Of a stretch of 64,000 bases of DNA, positions 55,101 to 64,000 are shown one piece after another; position 1 is the stretch's first letter; each line of letters begins with the position of its first letter. The DNA lies in assembly GCA_951406725.2 (NCBI GenBank), contig OX597817.1:130262001-130326000 (forward strand), in the 5' to 3' direction. Below the pieces are notes generated by a model. It was not told where the DNA came from. It worked only from the letters and a program-made list of their open reading frames with translations, and did not search any database. The stretch comes from Octopus vulgaris. Its lineage: Eukaryota. The position numbers were made by a program, and so were the translations under genes.

Positions 55101-57708
55101 AATATAAGAGAGTGGTCACTATATGGCTCACTCTAGCACCAGTTAATCCAAAAGGTTTCAACCACAGAAATACATGTTTCCCATGAAAGTCAGTACGATT
55201 GTTAGCTCACATGGACAGGGCAAATAAAAAATAACAAAATACAGATTATCTTGGGACAATTGTTTCGCTATTAATGAATTAAATGTAATTTTACTTACAA
55301 TAAAATCCACTTGTAGCTCTTCAGCCAAGACTATCTGGATGAAATCCACTCAATCACACGCCAGATTTTACCATAACGATAAATACGCGTGTGGTTCAAT
55401 TGATTACATCCGACGTTATAATTCAAATGCCCCAACTAACAGCGCGCCAAACTTCCACGGAAAACAAATACAGCATTTAGAAATAAATGCAGCATAATTA
55501 TAATCAATTAATAAGGGTGAGAGAATTAGATACTAATTTAATAGTATATCTATTCAACACCAAGTGGCCTAGTGCTCCGAGAAACCTGGATTATTATAAT
55601 ATTTTATAATATATTATAATATTTTTACAAAATAAATATAAGAGAGTGGTCACTATATGGCTCACTCTAGCACCAGTTAATCCAAAAGGTTTCAACCACA
55701 GAAATACATGTTTCCCATGAAAGTCAGTACGATTGTTAGCTCACATGGACAGGGCAAATAAAAAATAACAAAATACAGATTATCTTGGGACAATTGTTTC
55801 GCTATTAATGAATTAAATGTAATTTTACTTACAATAAAATCCACTTGTAGCTCTTCAGCCAAGACTATCTGGATGAAATCCACTCAATCACACGCCAGAT
55901 TTTACCATAACGATAAATACGCGTGTGGTTCAATTGATTACATCCGACGTTATAATTCAAATGCCCCAACTAACAGCGCGCCAAACTTCCACGGAAAACA
56001 AATACAGCATTTAGAAATAAATGCAGCATAATTATAATCAATTAATAAGGGTGAGAGAATTAGATACTAATTTAATAGTATATCTATTCAACACCAAGTG
56101 GCCTAGTGCTCCGAGAAACCTGGATTATTATAATATTTTATAATATATTATAATATTTTTACAAAATAAATATAAGAGAGTGGTCACTATATGGCTCACT
56201 CTAGCACCAGTTAATCCAAAAGGTTTCAACCACAGAAATACATGTTTCCCATGAAAGTCAGTACGATTGTTAGCTCACATGGACAGGGCAAATAAAAAAT
56301 AACAAAATACAGATTATCTTGGGACAATTGTTTCGCTATTAATGAATTAAATGTAATTTTACTTACAATAAAATCCACTTGTAGCTCTTCAGCCAAGACT
56401 ATCTGGATGAAATCCACTCAATCACACGCCAGATTTTACCATAACGATAAATACGCGTGTGGTTCAATTGATTACATCCGACGTTATAATTCAAATGCCC
56501 CAACTAACAGCGCGCCAAACTTCCACGGAAAACAAATACAGCATTTAGAAATAAATGCAGCATAATTATAATTAATTAATAAGGGTGAGAGAATTAGATA
56601 CTAATTTAATAGTATATCTATTCAACACCAAGTGGCCTAGTGCTCCGAGAAACCTGGATTATTATAATATTTTATAATATATTATAATATTTTTACAAAA
56701 TAAATATAAGAGAGTGGTCACTATATGGCTCACTCTAGCACCAGTTAATCCAAAAGGTTTCAACCACAGAAATACATGTTTCCCATGAAAGTCAGTACGA
56801 TTGTTAGCTCACATGGACAGGGCAAATAAAAAATAACAAAATACAGATTATCTTGGGACAATTGTTTCGCTATTAATGAATTAAATGTAATTTTACTTAC
56901 AATAAAATCCACTTGTAGCTCTTCAGCCAAGACTATCTGGATGAGCTAACAATCGTACTGACTTTCATGGGAAACATGTATTTCTGTGGTTGAAACCTTT
57001 TGGATTAACTGGTGCTAGAGTGAGCCATATAGTGACCACTCTCTTATATTTATTTTGTAAAAATATTATATATTATAAAATATTATAATAATCCAGGTTT
57101 CTCGGAGCACTAGGCCACATGGTGTTGAATAGATATACTATTAAATTAGTATCTAATTCTCTCACCCTTATTAATTAATTATAATTATGCTGCATTTATT
57201 TCTAAATGCTGTATTTGTTTTCCGTGGAAGTTTGGCGCGCTGTTAGTTGGGGCATTTGAATTATAACGTCGGATGTAATCAATTGAACCACACGCGTATT
57301 TATCGTTATGGTAAAATCTGGCGTGTGATTGAGTGGATTTCATCCAGATAGTCTTGGCTGAAGAGCTACAAGTGGATTTTATTGTAAGTAAAATTACATT
57401 TAATTCATTAATAGCGAAACAATTGTCCCAAGATAATCTGTATTTTGTTATTTTTTATTTGCCCTGTCCATGTGAGCTAACAATCGTACTGACTTTCATG
57501 GGAAACATGTATTTCTGTGGTTGAAACCTTTTGGATTAACTGGTGCTAGAGTGAGCCATATAGTGACCACTCTCTTATATTTATTTTGTAAAAATATTAT
57601 AATATATTATAAAATATTATAATAATCCAGGTTTCTCGGAGCACTAGGCCACTTGGTGTTGAATAGATATACTATTAAATTAGTATCTAATTCTCTCACC
57701 CTTATTAA

Positions 57709-57715
<7 letters not shown>
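55097..57715. mobile_element. 534-bp HHR tandem array (~3.5 units) joined to ~1.45 inverted units; retrozyme-like
   Basis: Units start 55097, 55631, 56165, 56699; inversion junction at ~56942-56944; near-identical copies; (TA)n on both sides. Confidence 0.92.
57345..57440 (+). ncRNA. Type I hammerhead ribozyme (identical copies on minus at 55242-55337, 55776-55871, 56310-56405, 56844-56939)
   Basis: cagatagtcttgg-CTGAAGA-gcta...tagc-GAAA-caattg-TC-ccaagataatctg; predicted cleavage after C57427. Confidence 0.9.
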
Positions 57716-57746
<31 letters not shown>

Positions 57747-58298
57747 CTGCACGCGTGTATGTGTGTATGCGTGTATGTATCAATATGTATTTTAGAGTGA
57801 ATTTTAGTCATTAAGCCTGCGTTGGTTGTACATAATATTGGGTAGGCTACGTGTAAAAGAAAAACAATAATGACAATACAAATATTTATTTGAGTTTTCA
57901 CACATCTTTATTAGTGCGCAGTGTTTACATTTACATGTGTACATATATTTGATTTAACGGAACAACATTCATGTGATAATGAACTGAATGGTTAAGAGTC
58001 TTTAGTAACATGGTGGATAATATCGTGAAAGTAATTAATTGTTATTGGTAGAAACTATTAGCACCACTACTGCATGTAAGTAATGAGTGCATGATTGGGT
58101 ATTACAACCCAAAGGCGGAAACCTTTTTGTCAAACCAGTCACAAGTATGTCAAGTAAGAACCGCTGAGTGGTTTGGGTCTGCGATTAAGTTCGCCAACTT
58201 TTTATAACTGTACAAAATAGATTCTAGAAATTTCGATCCAGCAATTTGGCGGGAAACTCGCTCATTTTCTCTGTGCATGTGTGTGTGTGTGTGTGTGT

Positions 58299-58355
<57 letters not shown>

Positions 58356-59112
58356 TGTGTGTGTATGCGTGCGTGCAATGTTTTCTACATTTTCAGCGCT
58401 TTGCTCTTACATTTATGAAATTATTTTTTTATCTATATTTTTTCCTCAAAGTTCATATCGTTAGTATCCCGATTATGCTTGCTCTCCGATGGGCCTCCAG
58501 CAAAACAAGATAGTTATTGTATATAAATGTCAATTTTATCATATCAAATGTTTAATAAATATAGTCATTAATCAAACGTTTACACTTAAAATAACATTTG
58601 CATATCACAGTGATTTCTTTCTTCCTTGATTCTGGTGATATGTTCCAAAACACAAACACACTCCATAAGAGATATTTTTTTAGGACGAATACCGCACTAA
58701 ACTTACTTATCACGATGAATAAACATTTAATATGACACACAAAGGGCTAATTTTAATCCAATACTGCTTCTGTTGCATATGTCCGATGTTTATTCAGTGG
58801 AATGGTAATTTCCAGCTTCAGTGATTGTTTTCCTATATCAGTGGCGATAAATTTCGTCTTGACATACGGTTTCTTGTACATCTTACTGATAAAACTCACA
58901 GAGGCAGAAATGCATCAAACATTTTCACAAGCCGCTGCTAGGGCGATTTTTGTTTGCCTCTGATATCTATTTTGTTTCTAAGCACAGTATGTACATAAGA
59001 GCAAATACGGTAGTAAATTTGTCTTTCACGATGTCTTCTATTAAGTATGATACATAGATGGCTGGTTTAATGTAATACTGTTTCTATTGAAAATAACATG
59101 TGTATGTGTGTG

Positions 59113-59192
<80 letters not shown>

Positions 59193-59289
59193 TGTATGTA
59201 TGTATGTATGTATGTATAAATGTGTGTGTGCATGTGTGTATACATATGTATATTTATACGGCTAATTTCAGAAACATAATGTTATCCTG

Positions 59290-60520
59290 GAAAAATTAAC
59301 ACTAGAAATGCTTTGATTAGTCAAAGTATGAGCCGTGAATATCTATGCACCTCTGTCATCGATCAACGTGATTAATTATGCCCTGTTGATAAAATCATAT
59401 TGGCTTTGGTGATAAGAAATCTTTGAAAGCTGATTCCACCTCTGGTTTGGACCTGAAAATTTTATCACTTAAAAACATGTTAAATACTTTTAAAAAATGG
59501 TATTCAGTGGGTGAAAGACGAGGAGCATATGGAGGATATGGTAAAGTCTCGTGTCCCAAATCTGTGAGTTTCTGCAGCGTCATTCTTGCAACATGTGGCT
59601 TTGTATTATCGTGTAGCAGAATTGGGCTACGCCAATTCACCAATGCAGGTCTCATTTTTTGCAAGTAAGCATATATTTCAGCAAGTTGGTTGCAGTAAAC
59701 CTTTGCTATAATGCTCTGATTGGCTTCCAGAAAGCTGTAATGGTCAACACCAATTGCAGACCGCCAGACAGTTACCATAATCTTTCGCTAATGCAACTTT
59801 GGCTTTGAGAAATGTTTGGGGGACTCATCACGATCAAGCCATTGACCTGATCGTTTACGGTTATCATAACTGATCCACTTTTCATCTCAAGTGACTATTC
59901 GGTCAAGAAAAGAATCATTGGTGTTTCGCAGAAAGAGCATCGAGCACAGATCAAAACGCCGTACTTTTTGATTTTCATTGAGCTCATGCGTTACCCATTT
60001 ATCGAGCTTTTTCACCTTACCAATCTTCTGCAGATTGCGTGAGACCGTTGCAATACCAACACCATGTGCCTGAGACATTTCTCTGACCCTTTGACGTGGG
60101 TTTTGTCCAACAATTGCTTTCAGTTGTTCATTGTAAAAACTGCATGACCGTCCTCTATCTTCTTAACCTTGAAGGCTCTCATCACCACTACGGAATTTCT
60201 GAAACCACCTTCGTACTATGCGATCACCTGTGGACCCCTCTCATTGATATTGGAAGCAGTTTGGGAGGAATTGTGCCCAAGCTTGAACTCATAAAAGAAA
60301 AGTAGGTGAAGGTCCTTTTCTGTCATGTTCATAATTAAGGGCGCCTATGCTTCAAGAATGTTTTCTGTCTGAAATAAATAGAAAATTATTAAAGAGCATA
60401 CATCTATTATTAAGTATACCGAAATTAACCTAAAATATAATTAAAATACTATAATAATAAAATTGCGTTTCAAAACACAACACTTAGAGCGGCCATTATT
60501 TAGGGAACAAGCTGATAGCT
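59290..60520 (-). mobile_element. Mariner (DD34D-type) relic
   Basis: KLDKWVTHELNENQ, FLDRIVT, MVTVWRS, LLHDNTKPHVA, PPYAPRLSPTEYHF; stops and frameshifts. Confidence 0.88.
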
Positions 60521-61031
60521 TAAAACTCGCACTCTGTGCGGACTTTTAAGCTACCTCCTGCGGAGGGCTAATTGAGTCTTCGGCCCAAAACTGCTGAGAG
60601 CAATAATAATAAAAGATTTATTCATATCTTACCATCTCAGATTTATATCACAGAGTATCACATTTGGAGAATTTTGTATCACCGTGACATTCGGAGATCA
60701 CTATAAAGCAGCAGGATGAATAACATTCTTGGTTGACAAACAGAATGTCGCATTTATCAAGCTTTGATCAGTTTTCCGACACAGAATGTCGCGTTTACTA
60801 TTATGGCTAACGAAGGTAACGATTGTAAATCGCTTGAAGCTTCTCACGGTCGCTTTATCTGCTGGAAATAGCAGCCCAAATGCTCTTACATCAGATTCCA
60901 ATGCTGGAGGTTCAAGAACCAAATGAATACCAAATTTTCAATCATGGGATCATCCTGATTCCAAAAAGGTATAATATGTCTATGCAGAGCAATTGTAGAG
61001 TTAGATACAGGGGCAGACGGAATTTTACTTT

Positions 61032-61120
<89 letters not shown>

Positions 61121-61761
61121 ATATACATACATACATGCATACATACATACATATATGCATACATATATGCATACATATATGCATACTTATTCCTCTATCA
61201 CCCTTTTTTTATCACGTAGTTGGGTTCTCGGAAGATATATTGTAACAAGTCCCAAACAATTTTTCATCTGTGTGTAGCTCTATTTGTCCGTGCAATTACT
61301 GCTCGTTGGTTAGTTTACTAAAAGCTAGATGACAGTGAAAGTCGAGTGTCTACTTAGCTAAATACGTTTGTTTGATGTGATTTTTGTGAGTTACTTAACC
61401 CTGTTCTATATTTATTATATAGCTAATGATGCAGCTCCAAAAGTTATTGTCAATTATTTATTGAGTACTTTGGGGCATTATGCCCCAAATTAGATCCATG
61501 AGAATATTTTGCATTCAAGAAATATAAGAAAAATCATACTCGTACTCTTCCCCTCTCTCACTCTCTCTCTCTCTCTCTCTCTCACACATACACTCAAACA
61601 TGTATGTATATATGTATATATAGTTATATAGTTATATGCATATATGTATGCATATAACAATATATATATATATATATATGTGTGTGTATGAATAAATATA
61701 TATATATATACATATAAATATATACACGTGTGTACATATAAATTTCATATATGTGTGTGTG

Positions 61762-62765
<1,004 letters not shown>

Positions 62766-62779
62766 TATATATATATATA

Positions 62780-62900
<121 letters not shown>

Positions 62901-62919
62901 GCGTGTATACATATACATA

Positions 62920-63074
62920 TAGTTTAAATTTACTGAAAAACAAAAGATGAAGACAGGTGTATGAACAACAAGCAGGTGAATTAGGTTGACGCTCGGGAAG
63001 TGAGAAAGTCTTTTACGTTTCAAGCCTACGCTCTTCAACAGAAAGGAATAAGGGAGAATGAACAAAGACAGAAT

Positions 63075-63078
<4 letters not shown>
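62920..63078 (-). mobile_element. Short minimal-HHR repeat copy
   Basis: cttt-CTGTTGA-a-gagc(gtag)gctt-GAAA-cg-TA-aaag at 63010-63045. Confidence 0.65.
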
Positions 63079-63132
<54 letters not shown>

Positions 63133-63138
63133 CATATA

Positions 63139-63173
<35 letters not shown>

Positions 63174-63469
63174 ACATTTCATTTCATATATATATATATA
63201 TATGTATGTATGTATGCATATGTATATACATATGTGTGTGTGCATATATGTATTTCATGAAATATATGTGTGTGTAGCATGTGTGTTTTGGTATGTATGT
63301 ATGAATGTACGAATGCATGTATGTATGCCTGTGTGTATGTATATATGTATGTATGAATGTACGCATGCATGTGTGTATGCACGTGTGTGTATGTATGTAT
63401 GTATGTATGTATGTATGCATGAATTATGTACGTATGTATGCCTGTATCTATTCTATATAAGTTGAGTTC

Positions 63470-63900
63470 GTCTTTTACCGTCTCAAGTTCTGCCGGTTCC
63501 TCAAACACATCCTCATCTGGCGTTCATTTAGAGATATCACGATACTCACTTCCTCCCCCACCCCCATCTATCCACATTGTACACGATCGTTCTTTGCCTA
63601 TTAAACCTTCAATTTCTCATGCATTCATTTTCCACATTCTACTTGCCCTCATAATATGACTAATCAATGCTTTCCAAGGTACTCCCGGGTTTCCCCCTTG
63701 CTGCAGTATTGATCTGTTTTCTCTTCTTTTCCACTATGATAATCTCGATAACCTTCATCACCAGCTTCGCATTTCTAATACAACAGTTTTACTTCTGCCT
63801 TGTTTGTTAATTGTTCAGCTTCCGCCGCCATAGATCATTACTGGATATACAATTGATTTTTACAATCTCTTCTCTTGTTCTTTATGACACTCCTTTGACT
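63470..63900 (-). mobile_element. Old RTE/BovB-like LINE 3' fragment
   Basis: Minus reading KSIVYPVMIYGGGS*TINKQGRSK..LEMRSW**RLSRLS*WKRRENRSILQ resembles the BovB-type C-terminus. Confidence 0.6.
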
Positions 63901-63966
63901 TTCACATTTATGTATGTATATGTGTGTGCGCGTGCGCGCGTGGTTCGCCTGCATGTAGGTATGATC

Positions 63967-64000
<34 letters not shown>

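Noticed and set aside
55097-56940. CRISPR-like or ordinary satellite interpretation of the array
   Set aside because: No short repeats with unique spacers and eukaryotic context; the intact HHR and inversion argue against a plain satellite.
55158-57524. Identical 63-aa ORF repeated four times
   Set aside because: By-product of the 534-bp repeat; GTG start, no recognisable domain, and it overlaps the ribozyme.

Overview
AT-rich, microsatellite-saturated animal non-coding DNA. The SINE families and repeat landscape suggest an octopus/cephalopod (inference). I found no convincing host gene; most ORF-track entries are microsatellite translations. Recognisable elements: two 5'-truncated CR1/L2-group LINEs, two RTE remnants, one RLE-type LINE remnant, three Penelope-like (PLE) fragments, a near-complete IR/DR Tc1 element, four mariner relics, a non-autonomous Helitron carrying a piggyBac fragment, many tRNA-derived SINEs and a pre-tRNA-Tyr retro-fragment. 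The main hidden signal is a dense set of type I hammerhead ribozyme (HHR) motifs (stem I-CTGANGA-stem II-GAAA-short, often palindromic stem III-UH), about 20 copies from roughly ten unrelated sequence families. Many sit in non-coding fold-back or tandem-plus-inverted elements next to (TA)n/(TACA)n tracts. The best case is a near-identical 534-bp tandem array with an inversion (55097-57715) and an intact-looking HHR in each unit. It resembles a young retrozyme-like element, plausibly mobilised by the neighbouring PLEs. All structures were read by eye and ribozyme activity is untested.
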